Origin: an uncultured delta proteobacterium
GTDB taxonomy: Bacteria > Myxococcota_A > Polyangia > Fen-1088
Length of the DNA stretch: 64,000 nt
Direction: 5' to 3'
Assembly (NCBI GenBank): GCA_963737265.1
Contig: CAVTRY010000014.1
Coordinates: 320,001-384,000, forward strand
The notes beneath the pieces were generated by a model. It worked only from the letters and a program-made list of their open reading frames with translations. It searched no databases and had not been told where the DNA came from. The first letter of the stretch is position 1; the number at the start of each line of letters is the position of its first letter. This document shows, piece after piece, positions 1 to 10,800 of the stretch. The position numbers and the translations under genes are program-made.

Positions 1-8
1 ACCAAATC

Positions 9-935
9 ATGCGCAGCCTGATCGAAGACGGTCGGGCGCGTCTGGTGGTTGTTACCGCCACCCAGGCCGTGCGGGAAATGGCTCTTCGCCATCACACCAT
101 GACAGGGATCCCGGCGGTGGCGTTGGGGCGAGCCGCGCTGTGCGGACTGCTCCTGGCGACCCTCACCAAGGACGAAGAACAGGTCACGCTGCAAGTGCTG
201 GGCAATGGTCCGCTCGGCGGTGTGACGGTCGACGCGCGCTCGTCCGGCCGCGTGCGCGGTTTCGTGAAGCGGCCGCTCGCCGTCGCGTGGGACGCGAAGA
301 TAGCGGCGATTTCGGCGGCGACCCCACGCATTGCCCTCGGCGATGCCATCGGCAAGCAGGGCATCGTGGGCGTCACCCGCGACCTCGGTCTGGCGCAAAA
401 CTACAGCGGCCAAGTCACGCTCAGCAGCGGCGAGATCGACGAGGAAGTGGAGCAGTACCTAAACACCAGCGAGCAGATCGACAGCGTGCTCCACTGCGAC
501 ACCCTGGTGAACGGCGCGGGCGAGGTCACGGCCGCCGCCGGCCTGCTCGTGCAAACCCTGCCGCAAGCCCGTGGCGCGGCGGTGGTGGAATTTCTGCGCG
601 ATGTCCTGCGCGGCCCCGCCTTCGCGGTTGTCCTCAAGAACGCCTTGGCCGAAGGCAAGCTCGATCCGTCGTCCATCGCGCGAGCGGCGCTGGGCGAGTG
701 CGCGGGTGGCATGCGCGTCCTCGACGAGCGCCCGGTCAGCTTCTTCTGCCCGTGCTCGCGCGAACGTGCCGCATCGACCCTGGGCATGCTCAGCCAGGAG
801 GATCTGAAAGAGATGATCCTCGAAACCAACGAGGCGGAAGTGACGTGCGATTTTTGCGGCCGTCAGTACCGTTTCACCGAGGTCGAGCTGGAAGTCATTC
901 GCCGCAAGCGCGAGAAGATCCGACCGGAGAGCTGA
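9..935 (+). CDS. hslO: Hsp33 family redox-regulated chaperone
   Basis: 308 aa; ALGRA helix, Y..SEQ motif, C-terminal zinc motifs CPCS and CDFC...Y.F. Confidence 0.93.
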   Translation: MRSLIEDGRARLVVVTATQAVREMALRHHTMTGIPAVALGRAALCGLLLATLTKDEEQVTLQVLGNGPLGGVTVDARSSGRVRGFVKRPLAVAWDAKIAAISAATPRIALGDAIGKQGIVGVTRDLGLAQNYSGQVTLSSGEIDEEVEQYLNTSEQIDSVLHCDTLVNGAGEVTAAAGLLVQTLPQARGAAVVEFLRDVLRGPAFAVVLKNALAEGKLDPSSIARAALGECAGGMRVLDERPVSFFCPCSRERAASTLGMLSQEDLKEMILETNEAEVTCDFCGRQYRFTEVELEVIRRKREKIRPES

Positions 936-978
936 ACGTTTCCAGCAATCGTTCGGGTCCGCGATTGATAGAAAGGTC

Positions 979-1230
979 TTGAGTAAGCTTGGCCGGCGCG
1001 ATAGTAGATTCCAGCCCGTGACCGGTAATTTCTTGCTTGCCTCGATGTTGGTCAGCTCGATCGGGCTCGGGCTATTCGTGTACGGCAAGAAGCAGAAGCG
1101 AGCCCCGCACTTGGCGGTGGGCATCTTGCTCATGGCCTACACCTATTTCGTGCCCAACATCCCGCTCATGTTCGCGATCGCGGGCGTTCTTCTCGGCTTG
1201 CTGTACCTGGCGTCGTATCTCGGGCTGTGA
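979..1230 (+). CDS. small membrane protein (start may be GTG at 1018)
   Basis: Hydrophobic 70-83 aa ORF with IGLGLFVYGKKQ motif and 2-3 TM segments. Confidence 0.7.
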   Translation: MSKLGRRDSRFQPVTGNFLLASMLVSSIGLGLFVYGKKQKRAPHLAVGILLMAYTYFVPNIPLMFAIAGVLLGLLYLASYLGL

Positions 1231-1237
1231 GCTAGAT

Positions 1238-2209
1238 CTAGAGCGAGCCGACGATAGCGCGCAGATCCGAGGCGTAGCGACCGCCTGGCGCTAGCTCCAA
1301 ATAGCGCTTGTAGGCTTCCTTGGCGGCTTTTCCATGGCCGGCATTTTGTTCGGCCCCGCCGATAAAGACATAGGCCTCCGCGGCGTTCGGATCGGCGGCG
1401 ATGGCTTTCTTGCCCCACACGAAGGCTTGCGCACTTCGTCCACGGTCGAATTCGGTCTTCGCCAACGCGACCGCGACGTCCGCGGCGCTGGGATCGGCGG
1501 CAAACGCATCCGTGCAGGCGGCAAGAATCTGCCTGCCCCGCTTGGCCCTGATCGCCTTGTTGCAGCGGTCGCGCACCACGGTGGCGGTGTCGACGGCAGC
1601 GCCCGCGGCCGGAGCAGTCGCAGCGAGGGTCGGCTCAACTTCTTTGGGCTTGGCTTCGGCGGGCTTCTCCTCGGTAGGCGCCGCTTGCGTGGGCCTCGCT
1701 TCCGCGGGTGTTGGTTGCGCGAGCTTTTCCGCTGCCGGTTCGGTCGCGGCGGCGCCGAGCGCTGGCGACGGGGCGGGCACCGGAACGGGCGCAGGCTCGG
1801 CTTGCGCCGCCACCGGAGCCGGAATGGCCGGCGTTGGTTCGGCTGGCATCGCAATGGGCGCGGCGACGGGCGGCGCGGGCGCGACCTGGGCCTCGACGGC
1901 GACGGCCGGCGGCGCCGTCGGTGCTGCTGCCCGTCCGCTGCCCCGCCACAGAACGATGGAGCCAAGAATGGCGATGCAGGCGCTGCCCGTCACCACGCTC
2001 ATCATGAATCGGCGCGAAGGCGCGAATCGCCAGTGTTTCGCGCCGTCATCGAGATCGTCGAACTTCTCTAGCTCGCCGGCGCGGGCCGAATCGTCGTCGC
2101 CCGCCTGGAAAAACTGTGTCTCGAACGTGTCGAAATGCCGGTTCGGGCCGCTCTGGCTGGAGCTGGAGGCGTCTGGCGCGGGAGGGCCGTGATTGGTATT
2201 GCAGCTCAT
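1238..2209 (-). CDS. membrane-anchored protein with Pro/Ala-rich linker and C-terminal TPR-like domain
   Basis: One TM segment, PA-rich linker, TPR-like end (AEAYVFIGG...AKEAYKRYLELAP). Confidence 0.75.
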   Translation of the reverse strand: MSCNTNHGPPAPDASSSSQSGPNRHFDTFETQFFQAGDDDSARAGELEKFDDLDDGAKHWRFAPSRRFMMSVVTGSACIAILGSIVLWRGSGRAAAPTAPPAVAVEAQVAPAPPVAAPIAMPAEPTPAIPAPVAAQAEPAPVPVPAPSPALGAAATEPAAEKLAQPTPAEARPTQAAPTEEKPAEAKPKEVEPTLAATAPAAGAAVDTATVVRDRCNKAIRAKRGRQILAACTDAFAADPSAADVAVALAKTEFDRGRSAQAFVWGKKAIAADPNAAEAYVFIGGAEQNAGHGKAAKEAYKRYLELAPGGRYASDLRAIVGSL

Positions 2210-2349
2210 CTGATCCCCTTAACACTGCTTATGCGATAGGAGGGAAGCTTAGGTCTAACTCATCAAAGGAGCGAGCGAGTGTAGGTCGATTTTTGCAGAA
2301 AATCGTGGTTTGGCTGGCCTAGAGTGGGCCCCGGAGTGTCTTCGCGCAC

Positions 2350-3033
2350 ATGACAGCAAAACTCGTCCTCGGCATTGACGAGGCTGGACGCGGACCGGGC
2401 CTTGGCCCGATGGTCCTGGCTGCGGTCGCGCTCGATGAGGCTTCGGCGTCGTTCCTCGCCCAGGCCGGCGTACGCGATTCCAAGTCCTTTGGCTCCAGCG
2501 CCGCCAGCCAGCGAACCCGCGCCCGTCTGGCCGATCTGATTCGCACGCACGCGGCGTGGGTTTCAGAGGAAATCTGCTGGGTCGCGGACGTCGACGCCTA
2601 CGTGGCGCGCGGTGCGCTCAATCAACTTGAACGCGAGCGCGCCCGTCTTTTGATCCTGCGGGCGCCGGCCTGCGCGCGCATCATCGCCGACGGACGGACG
2701 CTGTTCCTGGCACTAACTGCGGAATTCGCGCACCTCGAAGCCCACGACCGAGCCGAATCGATCCATGCAGCCGTCGCGGCGGCCAGCCTATGTGCCAAGG
2801 CGCGCCGGGACGCTCTGTTCGCAGCCATTGCCAGTCGCTATCAGGACGATTTCGGCACGCTGCGTGGCGGGGGCTACGTCAATTCCGCCACGCGGGCCTT
2901 TGTCGCCGAGTATTTCCGCCGCCATGGCATGCTGCCGCCTGAAGCTCGATCAAGCTGGCCGTGGCCCGGCATCTTCGACGCCGCCAAGGACATTTCGACC
3001 ACAACTGCTTTGCCTACGCCGCGAGTGCGCTAG
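2350..3033 (+). CDS. rnhB: ribonuclease HII
   Basis: GIDEAGRGP, DSK, IADG and VAAASLCAK motifs. Confidence 0.88.
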   Translation: MTAKLVLGIDEAGRGPGLGPMVLAAVALDEASASFLAQAGVRDSKSFGSSAASQRTRARLADLIRTHAAWVSEEICWVADVDAYVARGALNQLERERARLLILRAPACARIIADGRTLFLALTAEFAHLEAHDRAESIHAAVAAASLCAKARRDALFAAIASRYQDDFGTLRGGGYVNSATRAFVAEYFRRHGMLPPEARSSWPWPGIFDAAKDISTTTALPTPRVR

Positions 3034-3049
3034 TATACGCCGCCCGACA

Positions 3050-3556
3050 ATGTCCGTCACACATACAGCAGAGCTTTCGCTCGAAACGACACCCGAGGCG
3101 ACCGTCGTCGACGAGGTCCACATGCGCACGGCCTTGGCCGCCGCCCAGACAGCCGCGCAGTCGGGCGAGGTGCCGGTTGGAGCGGTGGTCGTCGTGCGCG
3201 GCGAGGTCGTGGCGATTGCCCACAACCAGCGCGAAACCAACAACGATCCCACGGCCCACGCCGAGATCGTTGCCTTACGCGCGGCCGCGGCAGCGCTCGG
3301 CGGTTGGCGCCTGGTGGATGCGGATATGTACGTAACGATGGAGCCGTGCCCGATGTGCGCGGGCGCCATCGTCAATGCGCGCGTGCGCCGGCTCATCTAT
3401 GGATGCGACGATCCCAAGGCGGGCGCGGTGCGAACGCTGTTTCAGCTGCTCGACGATCAGCGCCTCAACCATCGCGTTGAGGTGGTGTCGGGTGTCCTGC
3501 GCCTGGAGAGCGCCGCGCTTTTGAAGTCGTTCTTTTCGCGCCTGCGCCTACGGTAG
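3050..3556 (+). CDS. tadA: tRNA adenosine(34) deaminase
   Basis: GEVPVGAVVV, DPTAHAE, TMEPCPMCAGA motifs; ATG at 3050. Confidence 0.93.
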   Translation: MSVTHTAELSLETTPEATVVDEVHMRTALAAAQTAAQSGEVPVGAVVVVRGEVVAIAHNQRETNNDPTAHAEIVALRAAAAALGGWRLVDADMYVTMEPCPMCAGAIVNARVRRLIYGCDDPKAGAVRTLFQLLDDQRLNHRVEVVSGVLRLESAALLKSFFSRLRLR

Positions 3557-4333
3557 TTGCCCGCGCGAAATATCCTGGCCGGCGCGCGGGGCGGTGGTCA
3601 TGGGTTCCCTCTGACCGCGCTGCTCGCGGCTGCGCAGATCGGTGATGGCGCCGGCCAAGGCCGAGGCGACGGCAGCTTGCCCCTCGTCGGACAGGAGATA
3701 CGGACCCTCCTCTTGGTGGTCGAGAAATCCGATTTCGACAAGCACGGCCGGCATGTCCAGCCCCTGCAGCACGTCGAGCGTCGCTCCTTCCTGCTTGATG
3801 CCGCGATCGCGATCCCGACCGAGCGTGTCGGCAAGGCGCCACTCGATGCGCCGGGCGGCCGCCAGGCTCTGCTCGGCCGCGACCCTGACCTTGTGCCCGG
3901 CCCACGCCGCCTCGGCGTCGTCGGGCGCCAGCAGCGCCACGCGGGCGACTTCCTTGTCCACGTCGGCAACCGGCAGCAGGTAGATCTCAAAGCCGCGCTG
4001 GCTTCCCGGACCCTCGGCCGGGCCAGCGGCGTTGGCGTGAATGCTGATGAACAAGCGGGCCGCCGCCCGATTCGCGCAACGCACGCGGGCGCGCACCGGC
4101 AGCAGAGCGTCCGTCGTGCGACACAAAACGACGTTGATGTCCTTCTCCGTCGCCAGAATTTTCTGCACGCGCTTGGCGATAGCCAGAGTCAGGTGTTTTT
4201 CGAAGGTGCCTGTCTTGCGGGTCGGAGCTCCCCGGTTCGAGCCGCCATGTCCTGGATCGATTGCCACCGTGAAGGCGGCGGGCGCGGCTGAAAGCACGAG
4301 CGAGTAGGCGAGTGCCGCGATAGCGATGGCCAT
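3548..4333 (-). CDS. N-acetylmuramoyl-L-alanine amidase (Amidase_3)
   Basis: Signal peptide; IDPGHGG, FISIHAN, PAVLVEIGF motifs. Confidence 0.9.
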   Translation of the reverse strand: MAIAIAALAYSLVLSAAPAAFTVAIDPGHGGSNRGAPTRKTGTFEKHLTLAIAKRVQKILATEKDINVVLCRTTDALLPVRARVRCANRAAARLFISIHANAAGPAEGPGSQRGFEIYLLPVADVDKEVARVALLAPDDAEAAWAGHKVRVAAEQSLAAARRIEWRLADTLGRDRDRGIKQEGATLDVLQGLDMPAVLVEIGFLDHQEEGPYLLSDEGQAAVASALAGAITDLRSREQRGQREPMTTAPRAGQDISRGQLP

Positions 4334-4480
4334 GGTCGGAGATTAGCAGCGGCCGGGATCCGTCTCCAATTCCTCGTCGCGTTCGCGCCGCCACGCCAAC
4401 TGCGCAGCAAACGTGCGCAACGAAACTGCGCAACAATCGACGCTCAAGATCTTCGCGAAAACCGGCGATCTCGTTCCGGA

Positions 4481-5764
4481 ATGAAGCTCGCGCGTTTTTC
4501 GGCTGTTTTCCTTGCCGCTCTCGCCGCGCAGGCGCTGCCAGGCGCCGCCCGCGGCGATGTCGCGCAGACGCTGCGAAGAACTGTGGTGAACGTCGAAGTG
4601 CCGGTCGCGATCCCGGCCAGCGAACCCCTGCGCGACCGCTTTGGCTTGGGAACCATGCCCTCGGTTTCCGCGACTTTGCCGATGGCTCCATGGGCACTCT
4701 TCGGCGTGCGCTTGCGCTGCGGCTTTCTGTGGAATGGACCGCCGCCGACGGATCCCGCCATCAAGGATCCGGGGTTCGGCGGCTTGACTGTTCTCTCGGC
4801 AGTGGGTCGCTTTCGCCCTCTCGGCCAGCGCGACGGTGCTTCGCGTGCGGTGGGTCCCTGGATCGAGCTCGGCGCGGGGCCGGGTCTGACGGGCCATCTT
4901 GTGCGAGCGGTGGGCGAGGCCGCAGTGGGCTGGAATTTCCGCTGGGCAGGATGGCTCCTAGGCCCCTCCGCGCGCTACCTGCGCGTGGTGCAGCCGTCGG
5001 ACGGACTCGATAGCTCGGACGGGCAGTTGGCCTTGCTGGGCTTGGAGGTCACCCTCCACGACGCGCCCTTTTCAGGACCAGCGGTACCTTCGGCGCCCAT
5101 CGCCGCCCTGCCAGTAAAGGTCGGCGATCGCGACGGCGACGGCATTCCCGACGATGTCGACAAGTGCCCTGACGAGCCTGAGGACAAGGACGGCTTCGAA
5201 GACGAGGATGGCTGCCCGGATCCAGACAACGACAAAGATGGCATTCCCGATGTGTCGGACGCTTGTCCGAACGAGCCCGAGACGGTCAACGGATTTCAAG
5301 ACGAGGACGGCTGCCCGGACGAGGCACCCATCGTGGTCAAGGAAGGCCGCATTCGGCTCACCGAACACTTGCTTTTCGACACCAATCGGGCGCGCGTGCG
5401 CGCGACCGGCCGGCCGGCGCTCGATGCCGTCCTCAATCTATGGAAGCAGCATCCGGAATGGGATCATCTGATCGTCGCGGGCCATGCCGATCGCCGTGGC
5501 CCGGATCCGTTCAACGACTGGCTCAGCCGCGTGCGCGCCGAACGCGTCCGCAACGTCCTCATCGACATGGGCTTCCCCGAGGACAAGCTGTGGATCGCGG
5601 CCTACGGTCGCAAGCAACCGCGCGTGGAAGGTACCGATGAGCAAGCGGACCAAGAGAACCGCCGGGTCGAATTCATCATCGTGAAAAAGGGCGAAGCGCC
5701 GGCCGATGCGGCGGGCGCCACGCAACCGCCCGAGCGCGCCCATGCCGGAGGGCTGGAACCATGA
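4481..5764 (+). CDS. OmpA-family protein with N-terminal beta-barrel-like region and thrombospondin type 3 repeats
   Basis: Signal peptide; DRDGDGIPDDVDKCP/EDEDGCPD repeats; OmpA C-terminus (GHADRRG..LS..RA..V, NRRVEF). Confidence 0.9.
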   Translation: MKLARFSAVFLAALAAQALPGAARGDVAQTLRRTVVNVEVPVAIPASEPLRDRFGLGTMPSVSATLPMAPWALFGVRLRCGFLWNGPPPTDPAIKDPGFGGLTVLSAVGRFRPLGQRDGASRAVGPWIELGAGPGLTGHLVRAVGEAAVGWNFRWAGWLLGPSARYLRVVQPSDGLDSSDGQLALLGLEVTLHDAPFSGPAVPSAPIAALPVKVGDRDGDGIPDDVDKCPDEPEDKDGFEDEDGCPDPDNDKDGIPDVSDACPNEPETVNGFQDEDGCPDEAPIVVKEGRIRLTEHLLFDTNRARVRATGRPALDAVLNLWKQHPEWDHLIVAGHADRRGPDPFNDWLSRVRAERVRNVLIDMGFPEDKLWIAAYGRKQPRVEGTDEQADQENRRVEFIIVKKGEAPADAAGATQPPERAHAGGLEP

Positions 5765-7282
5765 ACCTGCGAGGCGGCCTGGCTCGGTCAGCCCTGCTGA
5801 CCCTCCTGACCTTGCCCGCGTGTCTCAGTCCCATCGTCGGAACGCAATGCGCGGCCGGGTATTCGCCGTGCAACGGATCCTGCGTAGCAACGGGATCCTG
5901 TACCGCCGCGGATGCCGCTGACAGTGAGGCCAGCGAAGAAGCCCCCGACGTCGATGCCAGAGCCGTCGACGCTGGCGAGGCGCCGGATGCAGCGTCTCTC
6001 GACATCACGGTGGGCGTCGACATCTCGATGGATAGCGAAATGCGCGGGGACGATACTGCGCAAGCCAACCTGGCAAAAGCCGACGCGCAAGCGACGAACG
6101 ATGCGCCCGTGCAGAACGACGACGAGGCCGTTCCCATCGTTGTCGTCGACCTCGCCGAAGCGGGAGCGGACGACGTGCCGTTGCAAAGCGACGCCGAATA
6201 CGCCGCGCTTTTGCCCGACGACGCGGCAGCGGGCGACGATAGCGCGGGCAGCGATGCGAGCGACGGCGGGTCGGCCTGCTGCCTGGATGCCGAGGATGCG
6301 ACCCCAGGTGGCGCGACGGACAGCGCGGAAGCCGACGCGCAGGCCAATGCCGGACCCATCGAGCTCGAACGCAGCGCCATTGGCCGTCGACGGCCCGCTC
6401 GTGTGCTCTGGCCAGCAAGCCATCTGTAACAATCAGTGCGTCGATCTCACATCCGACCCTGAAAACTGCGGCGACTGCAACATCCTGTGCTCCTCGGGCG
6501 TATGCACCGGCAGCACCTGCTTGGTGTGTGCGGCCGAGGAAACCGTGTGTGGACAGCAATGCGCCAACACCGCGACCGATCCGGACAACTGTGGCGACTG
6601 TTCCATCCCCTGCTCCAGCGGCCTGTGCAGCAACGGGCAATGCGAGACGAGCGGCACTGGCCGTGTCATCGCGATTGGCCACGACTATCTGAACAACCGG
6701 CCAGCCATGAATCGCATTCTCGGCAATGCAGTGTTCCTGTGGCCCACCAATCCCGTACGCCTGGTGGTGTACGAGGGATCGGCCAACCCCGCCGCTATTG
6801 CAGGCGCAGACGGTGCCATCAATCAGGTGGCCACCGCCACCGGCCGCCTCGCCCAGCGCACGGCCGTCTCCGCTGCCGACGTCGCAGCACAGCTCGCCAC
6901 CGCCGACGTGTTTCTGATCTACGGGCAAGAACAAGCCAGCGATGCCACCCTCAATCAATTGGGGATCGAGTGGTCGGCGGCCCTCAACACCTTCGTCCAA
7001 GCCGGCGGCACCGTGGTCTTCTTGGATGGCGTTTACGCCGCAAACGCAGGCACCAGCCAAATCCTGGTGCAGGCAAGTCTGTTCCAAATCGCCCACCATG
7101 CCTCCGCGACGGGCGACGTGTGCACCGTGGCGGCTCGCGGTGATGCCTTGGCGACCGGACTGCCCAAGACGTACTTGTGCGAAAAGAACAGCGTCAGCTT
7201 CACCGTCACGGACACCGCAACGACGATCACGAGCGTGGTTGAGGACTCCGGACAGACCGTTGTCGCACACAAGATCTTCTAG
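5761..7282 (+). CDS. Cys-rich (Stig1-like repeat) lipoprotein, frameshifted near 6340-6380
   Basis: Frame 5761 gives lipobox-like LPAC plus Asp/Ala linker; frame 5912 continues with CVDLTSDPENCGDC repeats and an alpha/beta C-terminal domain; ATGA overlap with the upstream gene. Confidence 0.7.
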
Positions 7283-7580
7283 TTTCGCCTGTCAGAAGAG
7301 CGGCCATGTTTCGGCCGCCGAGGCGCCCGGCCGGCGAGGCGCGACGAAGGCGCATACTGGACGTATGTAACCGAGAAAGCGCCGCGCCGAATTCGCCCGA
7401 TAGTGCGGGCTTCGCCCGCAATCCAAGACGCCAGGCTTCCCGGTCGCGAGCGCCAATCTGCTTCTCCATGGCCCGAAGGAGCAGGGCGCCACAGTCAGAA
7501 AATGGACGTGGTCCCTCGTCGACCCACGGGCAGAATCTTCACGACCGCCGAACCAATCGCCGCTCCACGCGAAGATCTCA

Positions 7581-7746
7581 AGACGTGTCCATAAATGGAC
7601 CCGTCTTGACGATTGTTGAGGGGAGGGCCGCGGCCCAGGCCGCAGCCCTCCCCTCGTCCGCGAAGCAAATGCGCGGACTTCACCCCACCCGCGGCCGAGC
7701 CCTTGGCTCGGCTGCTGAAGACCTTGTCCAATTTTTGGACAGTTCT
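7581..7746. mobile_element. putative MITE
   Basis: Ends AGACGTGTCCATAAAT and ATTTTTGGACAGTTCT are inverted (13/16); TCA on both flanks; internal GC hairpins. Confidence 0.5.
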
Positions 7747-7841
7747 TCAGAGTTGGTGAAACAGGGATGACGGCGGTACCTGTCGCCCGACCAAGTCGTC
7801 AGCGTTGCCGAGACTTGATCGGGCGGTGCTAGCTCTCGTCG

Positions 7842-10800
7842 CTAGTAGACCGGTGGCGGCGGCGGCGGGGGCGCGGGCGGCGGCGGCGGCGGTAACAACG
7901 ATGGTGGCGGCGCGGGCGGCGGCGGCGGTGCCACCGCGGGCGGCGGCGCCGTGGGAGGCGCAACCGAGGGCGGCGGTGGCGGTGGCGGCGGCGGCGCGAC
8001 CGAAGGCGGCGGTGGCGCTGGCGGTGGCGGCGCAACGGAGGGCGGCGGCGGTGGCGGTGGCGGCGGCGCAACCACCGGAGGGGGCGGTGCAGCCGGCGGC
8101 GGCACGACCGACGCTGGTGGCGGCGGCGGTGGTGGCGGCGGCACGACTGCGGGCGGCGGCGCAGGCGGAGGAGGCGCGACGGTGGGTGGTGGCGGGGGAG
8201 GGGGTGGCGGGGCCACGGCCGGCGGCGGCGGTGGCGCTGGCGGTGGCGGGACGGCTGGGGGCGGCGGGGGAACCGGCGCTGGGGGCGGCGGGGGCGGTGC
8301 CGCGGGCGGCGGTACGACTGGGATGGGCGGTGGCGGCAGATTCTGATCGCTCACGCACGACGAAAGGTCGAAGATCATGAACTCCAGCGCCTTTTCCTGT
8401 GCGGTCAGCGCGCCGGCGGCACAACAACTGGGAAACGTCGTGTAAGTTCCCGTCGTATTGTCGCCGGGGTCGCTCGCCGTATCGGTGACATGCAGTCCGG
8501 TGTACACGAAACGACCGCACTGATTGGCGGCGGTTGCGCCAATGGGGGTATTGAAGCTGAAATAGTGCGTGTGTTGTGCACTCCCTGTGGGGGCCGATGT
8601 GCTGGTGGGTTCGTAGATCCAGCGTTGCGATGGCGGATTGATTTGATCGACGGCGGTAGACTTCACCTTGCTGGAAATCGTCAGGTGCCCGCTGGTGGTC
8701 GAGGCGCCGACTTTCATCAACCAGTCGGCAAAGGCGATTCCTTTGGGAAAAGAACCGTCGATGAGCGTATCCCGCGGGGCACTGCCGAGCGTACCCGTGT
8801 TGGCGCTCCACGTGGCGACTTCGCCGTACGTCGAGGGATACCCCGTGAACGAGCGCATCCAGCCCCAGTGGTAGTGCTCGGCGAACACTCGGCCCCCCGC
8901 GTTGACGTAGGCCTTCATGCGGCCCACGGCACCGGGATGGGAAATGTAGGTATTGTTGCTGGTCGGATCCGCGGCATTCTGGTTGCCACCGCAATTGAGG
9001 ACGACCATGTCGTACTGATTGAGGTGCGCCTGGCTGTCCCACAAATTGCCGGTGGCGTCGGGATATGTCGTCCCGGTTCCGTCAAAGCCAACGCACTTGC
9101 CGGGATCCGAAGACTCCTTGTACATGCTAACCGAGCCGGAGCCGCCGGGACTAGTAAATTCGGCAGCATCGACCCCCATACGCCTCAGAAGGCACTGCAG
9201 GCGGTCTGCCTCGCCAGCGCTCAGCGCAATCTTCGGCAAGGACACGGTTCCCGCGTCGCCGTCGCTTTGATTTCTGGGCAGGCGAGTCAGGTTGGTGTCC
9301 GCGACGATGTTGTCCTGGCACGCGGTAACGGTGGGAATCTTGACCTCGCGCCGCCATTTTCCGATCTGCATGACCAATGGAATGTTCGAGCCACTCGGTG
9401 CATTGGTCAGAGTGAAGCTACCGTCTGTTCCAGTCAGTGCCGCGGTGATCGGGCTGCCGGACGGCGTTCCGCACTGGTCGCAGGTTGCGCCATGCGTGAT
9501 CGGCGAAAGTGCCGTATTGGGGACATAGACCATGACATTGTAAATGGCATTGAGGCCCGCCGGGTCGTAAACCTTGCCCTTGATCGTGGTAGTTCCTGAG
9601 CTGCAACTGGCGACCTGACAGATAAGGCCGGCGTTGCAAGTGCACACGTTGCCGCTGCAGGTGGTTCCGGTTGGGCATGCGCCGTTGCATGTTATCGAGC
9701 CACCGCATCCGTCGCCCAAGGTGCCGCCACAATACTGGCCGCCGTTCGATGTCGTGCAGGTCAACGGCACGCAACTCGAATCACCCTTGCACAGGCCGTT
9801 GGTGCACACCTTGCCAGTGCCGCAGTCGCTGCTGCACGCAAGTGAATGCCCACAACCATCGCCGACCGTACCGCAAAAGTTGCCCCCCGGATTGGTGCAG
9901 GTCTGGGGTGTGCAGGTCGGTCCGCCCACGCACTGACCATCCTGGCAGCTCCATCCATCCGGGCACGGAGCGGTGCAAGTCAACGTGCCGCCACAGCCAT
10001 CGCCGAGACTGCTGCCGCAATATTGGCCGCCCGCGGGGTTGCACGTATTCTTCGTGCAGGTCGATCCACCCACGCACAAGTGATTGACGCAGGACCAGCC
10101 GGACGGGCAAAGCTCGTTGCAGGAAATCTTGCCTCCGCAACCGTCGCCCAGATCTCCCCCACAGTATTGGCCTCCGGTGGGATTGCAGGTTGCCGGCGTA
10201 CAGCCGCTTGAGGGAATGCATTGGCCGCCGTTGCAAATCTCGTCCGTGGTGCAGGCGCCGCAATCGACGCTGCCGCCGCAGCCGTCGCCGACGACCCCAC
10301 AATACTTTCCCGACCCAGTCTCACAAGAGATTGGCGCGCAGCTCGAATTGCCCATGCACAGATGGTTGTTGCAGACCCAACCGGACGGACAGGGACTGTT
10401 GCAGGTCAGGGCTCCGCCGCAGCCATCGCCCAGATCGCCGCCGCAGTACTGGCCGCCAGGCGGATTGCAGGTGAGGGCCGTGCACGCACCACTCGGAACG
10501 CACTGATGACCGTTACAGGTTTGACCGGCGACGCAGGCACCACAGTCGAGGCTGCCGCCACAACCGTCACCGATGCTGCCGCAGTACTTACCCGCGCCGC
10601 TGCCGCAAACCGCCGTGGCGCAGGTCGGCCCGCCAACGCAAAGATGGTTCTGACAGGGCCAACCGGCTGGACAAGCGTCGTTGCAGCTAATTTTTCCGCC
10701 GCAGCCATCACCGAGATCGCCGCCGCAGTACTGGCCGCCGGGAGGATTGCACGTCAGGGCTGTACACGTTCCGCTTGGAATGCACTGACCAGCGGCGCAG

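Noticed and set aside
7805-8380. Poly-Gly and Ala-rich plus-strand ORFs
   Set aside because: Antisense shadows of the polyproline tail
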